Assembly: GCA_040754495.1 (NCBI GenBank) | Contig: JBFMCO010000062.1 | Span: 1 to 33,260, forward strand | Direction of reading: 5' to 3' | DNA from: Candidatus Micrarchaeota archaeon | GTDB taxonomy: Archaea; Micrarchaeota; Micrarchaeia; Anstonellales; Bilamarchaeaceae | Length of the DNA stretch: 33,260 nucleotides | Shown here: piece by piece, positions 8,534 to 17,150 of the stretch | How positions within the stretch are numbered: the first letter of the stretch is position 1 | Layout of the letters: each line of letters starts with the position of its first letter | Position numbers and translations under genes: made by a program | The notes under the pieces: generated by a model | Seen by the model: the letters and a program-made list of their open reading frames with translations, nothing else | Database searches by the model: none | Told to the model about the DNA's origin: nothing

Positions 8534-9890
8534 AGAAGGCCAGCGCGGTGTAGCTCAGGGCCTTGACGAGCAGCTTGTTCTTCACGTTCACGTCCACTAT
8601 GCGGTAGCCGTCGAAAAGCGGAATCGGCAGGATATTCACGGTGCCGACCACGAAATTCAGGGCGACGCCGAGGCCGAGGATTATGTAGATGAACTGGAGC
8701 GCCGGCTCCCCGTACCTCGAGAACATGGAAGTCCGGTCAATGGGGAGGAATGTGATGCCTATCTTCCCGTTGGCGTCCGTCATGCGCGTGACCTCTCCCC
8801 GGTTGGTGAGTATAGTTATGTTCGCATCAGGCTCGAGGCCGATATGGTACGGGTCGAGCGAATCCACGGGCGTCCCGCCGATTTCATAGATGACCGTACC
8901 CGGAGGGAGCGCGCTGAAATTCGAGCTTTCGTTCTGCACGACGAAATACGCCCCCTGCCTCATGTCCGTAGTGGCCATGAAGAACACGGTGAAGAGCACG
9001 AAGAACGCGAGGGAGGTCAGCATGTTCGCGGTCGGCCCGGCGACAAGAACCCTCGTCTGCTTCTTCTCATCGCTCTTCATGAGCTTTCCCTCGTCCGGCT
9101 CCACGAAGGCCCCTATTGGTATTATCCCGAAGAGGACTATGCCGGACGACAGGATGGGCACCTTCGCTATGCGCGCAAGGACGGCGTGCGCGCCCTCATG
9201 GACCACCATGACTATGGCGAGCGCGAGCACGCCCTCGAAGAACGGGAGGTTCACGCCGGGAAGCAGTATGTCGCCGCCGGCGCTCGTAGTAGCTATCGCG
9301 CCGGTCCCGAAGAAAATCGTCGTGACTAAGGCCTTGAAAATCACGAGGCCGTAATACACGATGCCGAAAAGTATGAGGAGGAACAGTCCCCCGAGGACGA
9401 GCAGGGCAGCAACGAAAAGGAGGCCGAGGTCGGCCCCTCCGGCAGAAACCACCCCGGATGATTTGGAGGCCGCCCCGATTCCGACTACATAAAGCAGGAA
9501 CCCGAGCGCGACCGGGGCGACGAACAGGGAGAGGACGGCAAGCAGCCCGAGCCCCAGCGCGAGGGTGGGCAGCGAGACGTTCCTTCTCATCATCTTGAGG
9601 CTGAGGAGGCCGTAGGACATCGCGGCGCCCACGTCGGCGATGAAATTGAACGCCTTCTCGCTCCGGGCGAGGGACTCTATCAGCTCTATCCCTTTCTTGC
9701 TCTTGAGCAGGATGAGGCCTATTTCGCTCGGCAGTTTGTAGCGCTTGATGAGAATCTGGTTGACCGCTATCATCTCGACCAGGACCAGGCCGAACTTCCA
9801 CGCTCCGGGCATGTCGAGCCTGAATACTATGACATAGAAGAGCGCCAAGGCTGCTGCTAGTATCAGCAGGAGGAACATCATGATTAGCAT
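8499..9890 (-). CDS. Site-2 protease (peptidase M50) family intramembrane metalloprotease
   Basis: HEGAH zinc motif, GAFVEP, AGPTAN, NILPIPLFDG and many TM helices. Start may be ATG 9890, 9881 or 9878. Confidence 0.92.
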   Translation of the reverse strand: MLIMMFLLLILAAALALFYVIVFRLDMPGAWKFGLVLVEMIAVNQILIKRYKLPSEIGLILLKSKKGIELIESLARSEKAFNFIADVGAAMSYGLLSLKMMRRNVSLPTLALGLGLLAVLSLFVAPVALGFLLYVVGIGAASKSSGVVSAGGADLGLLFVAALLVLGGLFLLILFGIVYYGLVIFKALVTTIFFGTGAIATTSAGGDILLPGVNLPFFEGVLALAIVMVVHEGAHAVLARIAKVPILSSGIVLFGIIPIGAFVEPDEGKLMKSDEKKQTRVLVAGPTANMLTSLAFFVLFTVFFMATTDMRQGAYFVVQNESSNFSALPPGTVIYEIGGTPVDSLDPYHIGLEPDANITILTNRGEVTRMTDANGKIGITFLPIDRTSMFSRYGEPALQFIYIILGLGVALNFVVGTVNILPIPLFDGYRIVDVNVKNKLLVKALSYTALAFFILNFVPRLFQ

Positions 9891-9932
9891 AAGTTGTCAG
9901 GGGTTTTTATAGCTATGGCGGGAAAAAACAGC

Positions 9933-10403
9933 ATGGCTGATCTTTATTGCGACATATGCGGCAAGGGTCCGGTCAGGGCGCAGATACTCGTCGAAGGGGC
10001 CAGGCTGCTAGCCTGCGGGGGCTGCATGAGGAGCGGAAAGGTCCTGCACAGGTTCGACGACGAGGGCATAGTCCAGCCCAGGGCCGCCCCGGCCTCGGTC
10101 GAGGCGACGGAGGAGATAACCGAGGGCTTCGGCAGGCTCATCAAGGGGGCGAGGGAGAAGATGGGGCTTCCGCTCGCGGTCGTCGCCGAGCGCATAAGGG
10201 AGAAGGAAAGCTACCTGCAGGCCCTCGAGCACGAGCGCTTCATGCCCACAGTGGAAGTGGCCCGGAAGCTGGAGAAGGAGCTGGGGATAAAGCTCGTGGA
10301 AAAGACCGCGAGCGTCGCCGGCCCCGCGGCATCAGGCCCGAAGAGCTTCACGCCGCCCACGCTGGCCGACATGGTAGAGGCGAAAAAGAAAAAGGGCAAA
10401 TAG
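9933..10403 (+). CDS. Archaeal multiprotein bridging factor (aMBF1): Zn-ribbon plus HTH
   Basis: CDICG...CGGC Zn ribbon, Cro-type HTH (IKGAREKMGLPLAVVAERIREKESYLQALE...P), KLEKELGIKL and TLAD tail. ATG 9933 lies ~22 nt after TTTTTATA. Confidence 0.9.
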   Translation: MADLYCDICGKGPVRAQILVEGARLLACGGCMRSGKVLHRFDDEGIVQPRAAPASVEATEEITEGFGRLIKGAREKMGLPLAVVAERIREKESYLQALEHERFMPTVEVARKLEKELGIKLVEKTASVAGPAASGPKSFTPPTLADMVEAKKKKGK

Positions 10404-10426
10404 ATGGCCTTCGCGGGGGACTACTG

Positions 10427-11467
10427 ATGGGGGTCGACTTGGGGGACCTTGCGGTCAAGCACACGATTTCGCTTCAGTCGCTCTCAGGCAGGATTGTCGC
10501 AATCGACGCGTTCAACATCCTCTACCAGTTCCTCTCCTCCATACGCCAGGAGGACGGCACGCCCCTGATGGATTTCAAGGGCAACGTCACCGCGCATCTT
10601 TCCGGCCTCTTCTACCGCAACTGCAAGCTTCTCGAGAGCGGCATGCGGCCGGCCTATGTCTTCGACGGCCCGGCGCACAAGCTGAAGGGCAGGGTGCAGG
10701 GCGAGCGCTCGGCGCTCAAGAAGAGGGCAGAGGAGAAGTGGAAAGAGGCGCTCGAGGCCGAGCGCTTCGAGGACGCGAAGAAGTTCGCGCAGGCAACCTC
10801 GCGACTCACGCCGGAGATGGTGAAGGAGAGCAAGAGGCTCCTGGATGCGATGGGCATACCCTGGGTGCAGGCCCCCTCGGACGGCGAAGCTGAAGCCGCC
10901 ATCATGGTCCGGCAGGGCCTTGCCCATGTCACGGCATCGCAGGATTATGACGCGCTCATGTTCGGCTCGCCACGCCTTGTGCGAAACCTTTCCATAACCG
11001 GGCGGAGGAAGGTCCCCCGCCAGGACAGGTACATCCTCGTGGAGCCCGAGCTCATCGAGCTTGAGGAGACCCTCTCGGCGCTCGGCATCGGCAGGGACGG
11101 CCTTGTTTTCATCGGCATCCTGCTCGGCACGGATTTCAACGAAGGCGTGAAACGCGTAGGGCCGAAGACCGCCCTCAAAATAGTGAAGGAGCATAAAAGC
11201 CTCGATGCCATAACCGCCTACGTCAAGGAGAAATACGATTACGAGTTCGAGGTCGATGCGGAGGAGGTGCTCCACCTGTTCCTGGACCCGCCGTATTCCG
11301 AGCCTGGCGAGCTCAAGTGGCGCGCCCCTGATGCAGACGCGGTGATGAAGATGCTTGTCGAGGAGCACGACTTCTCCGGGGAGCGCGTCGGGCACACCCT
11401 GGAGGAGCTCCTGAAAACGACTAAAGAGCGCTCGGCGCAGAGCAAGCTCGACCAGTGGTTAGGATGA
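10427..11467 (+). CDS. fen: Flap endonuclease 1
   Basis: MGVDLGDL, AIDAFNILYQFLSSIRQEDG, VFDG, APSDGEAEA, SQDYDALMFG, GTDFN, and C-terminal PIP box QSKLDQW. Confidence 0.97.
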   Translation: MGVDLGDLAVKHTISLQSLSGRIVAIDAFNILYQFLSSIRQEDGTPLMDFKGNVTAHLSGLFYRNCKLLESGMRPAYVFDGPAHKLKGRVQGERSALKKRAEEKWKEALEAERFEDAKKFAQATSRLTPEMVKESKRLLDAMGIPWVQAPSDGEAEAAIMVRQGLAHVTASQDYDALMFGSPRLVRNLSITGRRKVPRQDRYILVEPELIELEETLSALGIGRDGLVFIGILLGTDFNEGVKRVGPKTALKIVKEHKSLDAITAYVKEKYDYEFEVDAEEVLHLFLDPPYSEPGELKWRAPDADAVMKMLVEEHDFSGERVGHTLEELLKTTKERSAQSKLDQWLG

Positions 11468-12138
11468 GCCTGCCTGTAATGACGCCCTGGGCCCTCGCGG
11501 GAAAGCTATACTGGGCAGCCGTGTGCCTCTCCGCGGTTTTTTACGGCTTGGGCCTAAGCATCTTTCCCATAGAGGCCGTTTTAGTTTCGCTATTCACTTC
11601 CGCCCTGGCATATCCGCTCATATCGTTCACAAGCGGCTACAAGGAGGCAAACCGCGGCAGCGCCTTCATGCAGCTCGTTTTTTCGATGTTTGCCCTGGGG
11701 ACGCTCCTTGCCCTCCTTTTCACGCTCAGGCTTTTCGTCCTTGACGCCGCGTCTATTGCAACCGTGGCGCTGTTTTCCATCTCCCACTATTTCGTCAGAA
11801 AACAGGACGCGGATTTCGCAACGCTTTCCGATTCCTTCGCGGTCGCCTCGCTCTACCTCATCATACAGCAGCCGCCCTCATTCCTGACGAAGCCCGGGGA
11901 TGAGTGGAAAGCCGCCTTCTTCTACGTCCTTTCGTTCGGCTTCATGGGCGGCTCCTCTGCGTACAAGTTCCGCGGGCTGCTCGGGACGTGGCGGGCCATA
12001 ATGTGGGTAATCGCCCTGCCTGTGATATGGCTGGCCATCATATACGCCTATCCATATCTTGCCGGGCCGGTCGCGGTGCTTTATCTGGCCATCCCCCAGC
12101 TTCTGAAGGACGAATCAGCGCCCGGGCAGCTCGATTAG
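11464..12138 (+). CDS. Multi-pass membrane protein, unknown function
   Basis: ATGA overlap with the fen stop; about 7 hydrophobic segments. Confidence 0.75.
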   Translation: MSLPVMTPWALAGKLYWAAVCLSAVFYGLGLSIFPIEAVLVSLFTSALAYPLISFTSGYKEANRGSAFMQLVFSMFALGTLLALLFTLRLFVLDAASIATVALFSISHYFVRKQDADFATLSDSFAVASLYLIIQQPPSFLTKPGDEWKAAFFYVLSFGFMGGSSAYKFRGLLGTWRAIMWVIALPVIWLAIIYAYPYLAGPVAVLYLAIPQLLKDESAPGQLD

Positions 12139-12735
12139 GCTGATTTTGTCGCTCGCGCCCTCCCTCATCATCTTCCGCTCGACGAGGTCTATTATCACCG
12201 AGGGCGAGCGGTACTTGGTCGGGCCTCCGTCTATGACAAGGTCCACCGCATCCAGCACGCTCCGGTCTATGTCCGAGAGCTTGGTCGCAGGAAGGCGGGA
12301 CGTTACATTAGCGCTCGTAGAGACTATGGGCCGGCCGAATTCGGCGCACAGCGCCTGGCAGAAAGGATGGTCGGGCATGCGGATGCCGAGCCGGTCCGTG
12401 TTGGTCGCAGGCAATACCCGCCCCTTGTGCATCTTCAGTATGAACGTATATGGGCCGGGGAGGTATTTCTTGAGGATTACGTCCTCCCAGAGCCCGGTAT
12501 CGCAGTAATACTCTATCATGCCGAAATCAGGCATCATGACCGACATCGGCCTTCTTGCCATGATGCCCTTGATGCGGTGGATGCGCTCGACCGCGTTCTC
12601 GTTCGTGGCGTCGCAGCCGATGCCATAGACAGTGTCGGTCGGATAGACGAACACGCCCCCGGAGTGGAGCAGCGCGTGCGCGACGTCCACCGCGCTCTCG
12701 AAATCATCCTCGCTTACCTTCAGCGTCGTAACCAT
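12115..12735 (-). CDS. tsaC: L-threonylcarbamoyladenylate synthase, single-domain TsaC/YrdC type
   Basis: PTDTVYGIG, PGPYT, GIRMP, STSAN motifs. 206 aa with no C-terminal SUA5 domain. Confidence 0.85.
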   Translation of the reverse strand: MVTTLKVSEDDFESAVDVAHALLHSGGVFVYPTDTVYGIGCDATNENAVERIHRIKGIMARRPMSVMMPDFGMIEYYCDTGLWEDVILKKYLPGPYTFILKMHKGRVLPATNTDRLGIRMPDHPFCQALCAEFGRPIVSTSANVTSRLPATKLSDIDRSVLDAVDLVIDGGPTKYRSPSVIIDLVERKMMREGASDKISLIELPGR

Positions 12736-14256
12736 TCAGACACCCAGGTCCTTCTTCACGCGGGAAACCCCGAGGGCGGCTATCAGCTTGCCCATCCTCG
12801 GGCCGCGCTCCTTGCCTAGCAGCGCCTGGTACAGCTCCGAGAACAGTTTTTTCGGCTCCATGCCATTCGCCTTGGCCCAGTCGAAGACCGCGTTGTGTAT
12901 GGCAAGGGCGTCCATCCCGTCATTGAGCGTGGGGACGAACCTTCTCACGGCCTCGCCAGGCTGGGCGGCCCCGGGCTGGTATTTGAAGCGGTAGTCGTCG
13001 GGCATGAAATCCCTGGCGACCCATTCCTCGATATACGGGCGCAGGTATGCTACGCCTTCGGCGTCCCCGGTCAGTTTCGCGACCTCGGCCCAGTCATGGT
13101 AAATCTGGTAATAGAGGAGCACGTCGAGGAACGGCACCCTCCAGTTCAGCTTTTCCGCCGAGAGCCCGAAAGCGATTGCCATCTTGCGCTCGTGCCGGTT
13201 GAGGCCATCCAGCCCCTTCCCGGCAAGCTCCGCGGCCTTCTGGAAGTCCTCCATGGTCCTGAGCATGCTTTCCGCGGTCGGGTTTATGTCCACGTTCTCC
13301 TCCAGGTCCGGCTTGAGGAGGATGTACTTGATTATCTCGGGCGGGACCAGCCTCACCAGCTCGGACACGCCCATCCCTATCCCCTTGGACTTGGAGTATT
13401 TCTTCCCCTGGAACAGGATGAACCCGTATTTGAACGGGATGTGGTAGTCCGCCTTCATGAGGCCGTTTGTGACCTCGCGGCACGTGTCCTCGCTCCCGCC
13501 CTTCGTGTGGTGGTCCATCCCCGCGCCCTCTATGCTTGTGCCGAAAATCTGCTTCCATGCGGGCCAGTGCAGCCTCCACGTTATCTTGTATCTGTGGTCG
13601 GCTATCCTGCCACTGCCCCGGTGATTGCAGCCCTTCGTGTATTTCACGTCCTTGTCGCATACGTACTCGTAGGCATCAGAATCGTGCGAAACAACCCTCG
13701 TCGTGGCTATCCTGCCGCATTTTTCGCAAATCGGCATGATGGGCGACCAGTCCTTTTTTTCCTGCTTGCCGCTCGTCTCCTCGACGAGTCGCCTCGCTTC
13801 GGCCTCGTGCTGCAGGTAGAATCTCGCCCATTCGTCGAACTTCCCCTCGGCATATAGGTCGCTCATCCGCAGGACCGTGGCCTTGACCCCGAAGAGCGCC
13901 ATCAGGCCGCGCACTTCGCTAAGGAAATGGTCGCCGAAGCTCTTTGCCTTCCCGGCCGGGTCGGGGACCTCGGAGAGCGGCTTTCCCAGGTGCGGCTCCA
14001 GCTCTTTTGCGTATCCCTCCATGGCGACCGGGACCGAGTCGAATGCGTCGAGGATGTCGGCAAGGAAATAGAACGTCACCTTCTTCCCCCTCGCCTCGAG
14101 CTGCTTCCTTATGGCATCGGGAAAGAGGAACTCGCAGAGCGTGCCGAGATGGGCCGGTCCGGACGTGGTGATGCCGCTGGTTATGACGTATGGCTCCTTC
14201 TTCTCGGCGATGACGCGCTCGGCGAGCCATTCCGACCAGTGCTTGTGCTCTGACAT
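12736..14256 (-). CDS. lysS: Lysyl-tRNA synthetase, class I
   Basis: SGITTSGPAHLG (HIGH-like), CEKCG and C...C Zn sites, WRLHWPAWK, GMDH, KYSKSKG (KMSKS-like), GPRMG anticodon domain. Confidence 0.96.
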   Translation of the reverse strand: MSEHKHWSEWLAERVIAEKKEPYVITSGITTSGPAHLGTLCEFLFPDAIRKQLEARGKKVTFYFLADILDAFDSVPVAMEGYAKELEPHLGKPLSEVPDPAGKAKSFGDHFLSEVRGLMALFGVKATVLRMSDLYAEGKFDEWARFYLQHEAEARRLVEETSGKQEKKDWSPIMPICEKCGRIATTRVVSHDSDAYEYVCDKDVKYTKGCNHRGSGRIADHRYKITWRLHWPAWKQIFGTSIEGAGMDHHTKGGSEDTCREVTNGLMKADYHIPFKYGFILFQGKKYSKSKGIGMGVSELVRLVPPEIIKYILLKPDLEENVDINPTAESMLRTMEDFQKAAELAGKGLDGLNRHERKMAIAFGLSAEKLNWRVPFLDVLLYYQIYHDWAEVAKLTGDAEGVAYLRPYIEEWVARDFMPDDYRFKYQPGAAQPGEAVRRFVPTLNDGMDALAIHNAVFDWAKANGMEPKKLFSELYQALLGKERGPRMGKLIAALGVSRVKKDLGV

Positions 14257-14310
14257 AAGAGCCGTTGTGCCAGAGAAGAATTTTAATCTGTTCCACCGCT
14301 TTTAGGTTGC

Positions 14311-15363
14311 ATGAAGGCACACCCGCTCATGCTTTCGCTCCTGCTTCTTGGCTGCATCCAGGGCGCACAGCCTCCGGATGGCGGGGGAACCAGCCGGCCG
14401 GAGACAGTTGCCAGCGGCCTTGAGGTCCCGTGGGCCATGGATTTCCTGCCTGGCGGCGATATCATATTCACGGAGAGGCCCGGGAGGATACGCCTCATCA
14501 GGAACGGGACGCTCCTTGAGGAGCCTGCGGCCGTGCTCGATGTCGCCGCGGTCGGCGAGAGCGGCCTCCTCGGCATCGCGGCAGACCCTGACTTCAATTC
14601 GAGCCGGGCCATATTCGTCTATTACACCTACTTCGAAAACAGGAGCGGCAAAATGCAAAACCGCATCTCGCGCCTCACGCTGGATGGCGATGAGGCCGGA
14701 GGGGAGAAGGTGCTGCTTGACGGCATTCCGGGCGGCAGGGGCGACCAGGGCTTCCACAACGGCGGGAGGCTCAGGTTCGGCCCGGACGGCCTGCTCTATG
14801 CGGCCACCGGCGACGGCGGGGTGCCGGGAAGCGCCCAGGACCTCAATTCGCTGGGAGGCAAAATCCTCAGGCTCAGCAAGGACGGCTCGATACCGCCGGA
14901 CAACCCCTTCCCCGGCTCGCCGGTCTATTCATACGGCCACAGGAACCCGCAGGGACTGGCGTGGCATGCGGCATCCGGCGGCCTGTTCGCGACCGAGCAC
15001 GGCCCGATAGGCAACGACGAGCTGAACCTCATTGAAGCCGGGAGGAACTACTCCTGGCCGGACCTCCAGTGCACTGCTGACCCGGCGGTCCTGTGCTTCA
15101 GCGAGACGATAGCCCCTTCCGGTGCAGCATTCCACGGGAACGACCTTTATGTCGCGGCCCTGAGAGGCACCCAGATACGCAAAATCCGGTTCGACGATTC
15201 CGGGAAGGTCCTGTCGCAGGAAATTTTCCTGACGGGCTACGGGAGGATGAGGGACGTGGCGGTAAAGGACGGATATCTCTACGCGCTGACAAGCAACAGG
15301 GACGGGCGGGCAGTCCTCACCGGCCCGCAGGACGACCTCATGCTCCGGGTCAAGCTAACGTGA
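14311..15363 (+). CDS. PQQ-dependent soluble aldose sugar dehydrogenase (GSDH family), lipoprotein-like
   Basis: Signal with LLLGC; VASGLEVPWAM, FTERPG, GESGLLG, HNGGRLRFGPDG, GHRNPQG, EHGP, GRMRDV beta-propeller motifs. Confidence 0.9.
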   Translation: MKAHPLMLSLLLLGCIQGAQPPDGGGTSRPETVASGLEVPWAMDFLPGGDIIFTERPGRIRLIRNGTLLEEPAAVLDVAAVGESGLLGIAADPDFNSSRAIFVYYTYFENRSGKMQNRISRLTLDGDEAGGEKVLLDGIPGGRGDQGFHNGGRLRFGPDGLLYAATGDGGVPGSAQDLNSLGGKILRLSKDGSIPPDNPFPGSPVYSYGHRNPQGLAWHAASGGLFATEHGPIGNDELNLIEAGRNYSWPDLQCTADPAVLCFSETIAPSGAAFHGNDLYVAALRGTQIRKIRFDDSGKVLSQEIFLTGYGRMRDVAVKDGYLYALTSNRDGRAVLTGPQDDLMLRVKLT

Positions 15364-16179
15364 TACCTTCTTCCAGAAGAAGTATATCGGAGGCACGGTC
15401 AGGAGGGCGATGACCACGCTCTGCACGAAGGATATGGCGAGCGAGGCCAGGACGCCGGCGGCCATCGACGCAAGGTCGCCCGAAGACACCATGATGGCGT
15501 TCGCGAACCCCTGCGCGATGCTGAACATGAGCCCGGTCCCTATCACGACTATGAGGAGGACGATATCGAACACTATCACAGCCCAGATATTGCCCGCGAC
15601 AGTGTTCCAAGACCTCCTGATGCCATCCACCGGCCCGGCTCCCCTTAGGGCAATCTCCGGCACGGAGAACTGGGTTACGAAGACGAATGCCGCCAATATC
15701 ACGAGCAGGACGAGCACGCCCAGGACCGATACGAGGGGGCCGAGGCTGCCTGCTGCGCCGGTCATCACGAAGAACGCCACCAGCATGGCGAGCATGACGC
15801 CCCAGATTATCAGGGTGTATTTTCCGATGGGTACGAGAAGCTCCCTTGCCTTCGCGAGTATCCCGATGCCCTTCCCCTTGGTCATCTCCTGCACCAATGG
15901 GTATGCGGTGGCGCTAATCGCCGCGCCGAGCACGGTGAATGCGAGGAAGAGCAGGAGGGCCAGCGCAATCGCCGCCATGCCCATCGCCCCTCCGCCATCG
16001 ATTGAGCCGGCGCCGCCCGCCATGAGGATGGCGAAGAGGCCCGCGAAGAAAAGGATTTGGACAAGCATGCTCAGCGCCGACAGCTTCAGGAACTCCACCG
16101 TGAGCCTCGACGCGTTCTTCATGAAGAAGTCGAGGGCTTCCTTCAAGGGTTCCAGTGCTGTCTCTATGGCGCCTCCCAT
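15355..16179 (-). CDS. Multi-pass membrane protein, unknown function
   Basis: About 6 TM helices with a central loop (GPVDGIRRSWNTV). ATG 16179 lies ~23 nt from the TATA at 16202-16207. Confidence 0.75.
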   Translation of the reverse strand: MGGAIETALEPLKEALDFFMKNASRLTVEFLKLSALSMLVQILFFAGLFAILMAGGAGSIDGGGAMGMAAIALALLLFLAFTVLGAAISATAYPLVQEMTKGKGIGILAKARELLVPIGKYTLIIWGVMLAMLVAFFVMTGAAGSLGPLVSVLGVLVLLVILAAFVFVTQFSVPEIALRGAGPVDGIRRSWNTVAGNIWAVIVFDIVLLIVVIGTGLMFSIAQGFANAIMVSSGDLASMAAGVLASLAISFVQSVVIALLTVPPIYFFWKKVSR

Positions 16180-16201
16180 GCGCACTTATCCATTAGTAAA
16201 A

Positions 16202-16209
16202 TTTAAAAA
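16202..16209 (+). promoter_or_regulatory. TATA box for 5S rRNA (possibly shared with the divergent membrane-protein gene)
   Basis: TTTAAAAA about 22-29 nt upstream of the 5S 5' end. Confidence 0.6.
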
Positions 16210-16230
16210 GACCTCAGGACACAATACACT

Positions 16231-16346
16231 TGTCAGCGGTCACAGGGAGGGGGCAACACCTGATCCCATTCCGAACTCAGAAGTTAAGCCCCTCCACGGT
16301 GTTTTGAGTACTGCTCTTCGAGCGGGAAAATACACTGCTGCTGACA
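16231..16346 (+). rRNA. rrf: 5S ribosomal RNA
   Basis: Helix I TGTCAGC(16231)/GCTGACA(16346); diagnostic CCTGATCCCATTCCGAACTCAGAAGTTAAGC; length 116 nt. Confidence 0.96.
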
Positions 16347-16375
16347 CTTATATTTCTCCCCGCTACTTCTGGAAC

Positions 16376-16390
16376 TTCTGTTTTCTTTTA
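16376..16390 (+). terminator. Pyrimidine/T-rich putative terminator after 5S rRNA
   Basis: CTTCTGTTTTCTTTT tract ~30 nt downstream of the 5S 3' end; archaeal termination uses oligo-T tracts. Confidence 0.4.
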
Positions 16391-16586
16391 GCGGAGTCTA
16401 TGCATAGTCCCGCCGGGCCCATAGTATTGACTCAGGGGCCCTCCGGGGGCAGAAACGGCAGGTTACCGTCGCGCCCATAGTTCTAACTCATGGGCGCTTC
16501 GGGGGTAGCCGGTTTCCAGTTTTCGGTTTCGTCGTGTTCGGAACAGGGAACTGGAAACCGGAAACCGCCACCCAGCCCTCCGGGCC
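16391..16586. ncRNA. Candidate structured non-coding element (unassigned; strand uncertain)
   Basis: No plausible ORF. Five hairpins, including two homologous modules (16416-16452, 16471-16508) with compensatory GC/CG swaps and a 13-bp perfect stem (16509-16521/16549-16561). Confidence 0.45.
16512..16565. repeat. Inverted pair of heptamer triplets (GTTYYNN units)
   Basis: GTTTCCA GTTTTCG GTTTCGT at 16512-16532 and, on the minus strand, GTTTCCG GTTTCCA GTTCCCT at 16565-16545. Confidence 0.6.
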
Positions 16587-16634
16587 GAATCGGCGCATGG
16601 CCACTCTTTTATACCCCGCGCTCCAAATCCACTC

Positions 16635-17150
16635 ATGGAATTCTACGACGTCCTCCGGAACAGGCATTCGGTGAGGAAATTCCAGGACAAGGACATGGAC
16701 AAGGCCAAGGTGCGGGACATCGTGGAGGCCGGCATCAAGGCCCCTTCAGCCGGCAACCTCCAGTCCTACCGCATCTGCATAGTGCGCTCGAAAAGCGTGA
16801 GGGAAGCGCTCGTGCCGGCCTGCGAATATCAGGATTTCATCGCGGAAGCTCCTCTCCTCCTGGTTTTCTGCGCGGACCTGAAGCGCTCGGAATCCAGATA
16901 CGGGCAGAGGGGCTTCGAGCTCTTCGCCACCCAGGATGCGACGATAGCGGCAGCCTACTGCCAGCTTGCCGCCACGGCAGAGGGGCTCTCATCTGTCTGG
17001 GTGGGCTCGCTTGACCAGCTCGAGGTGTCGCGGGTGCTGCACCTCATGTCGTTCGAGGTGCCTGTTGCCATGCTTGCCATAGGCCATCCGGCGGAGGCGG
17101 CGGGCATCACCGAAAGGCGGCCTGCCAAGGAAATCGTGAGGGAATACTGA
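16635..17150 (+). CDS. Nitroreductase family flavoprotein
   Basis: RHSVRKF, APSAGNLQ, QDATIAAAY, GLSSVWVG, AIGHP motifs. TTTTATA ~23 nt upstream. Confidence 0.92.
   Translation: MEFYDVLRNRHSVRKFQDKDMDKAKVRDIVEAGIKAPSAGNLQSYRICIVRSKSVREALVPACEYQDFIAEAPLLLVFCADLKRSESRYGQRGFELFATQDATIAAAYCQLAATAEGLSSVWVGSLDQLEVSRVLHLMSFEVPVAMLAIGHPAEAAGITERRPAKEIVREY

Noticed and set aside
9947-10426. In-frame upstream extension of FEN1 overlapping aMBF1
   Set aside because: FEN1 canonically starts at MGV (10427); the extension is an alternative frame of aMBF1.
16416-16508. tRNA (including CUA-anticodon tRNA-Pyl), CRISPR mini-array, SRP or RNase P RNA interpretation
   Set aside because: No T-loop (TTCRA) or CCA-ended acceptor stem, and the hairpin loops are 4 nt. 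Only two diverged repeats with an 18-nt structured spacer and no cas genes. No SRP helix-8 or RNase P GAGGAAAGUCC signature found.
16512-16565. Integron attC-like site
   Set aside because: Units are GTTYYY-type rather than GTTRRRY, and no integron integrase or cassette array is present.
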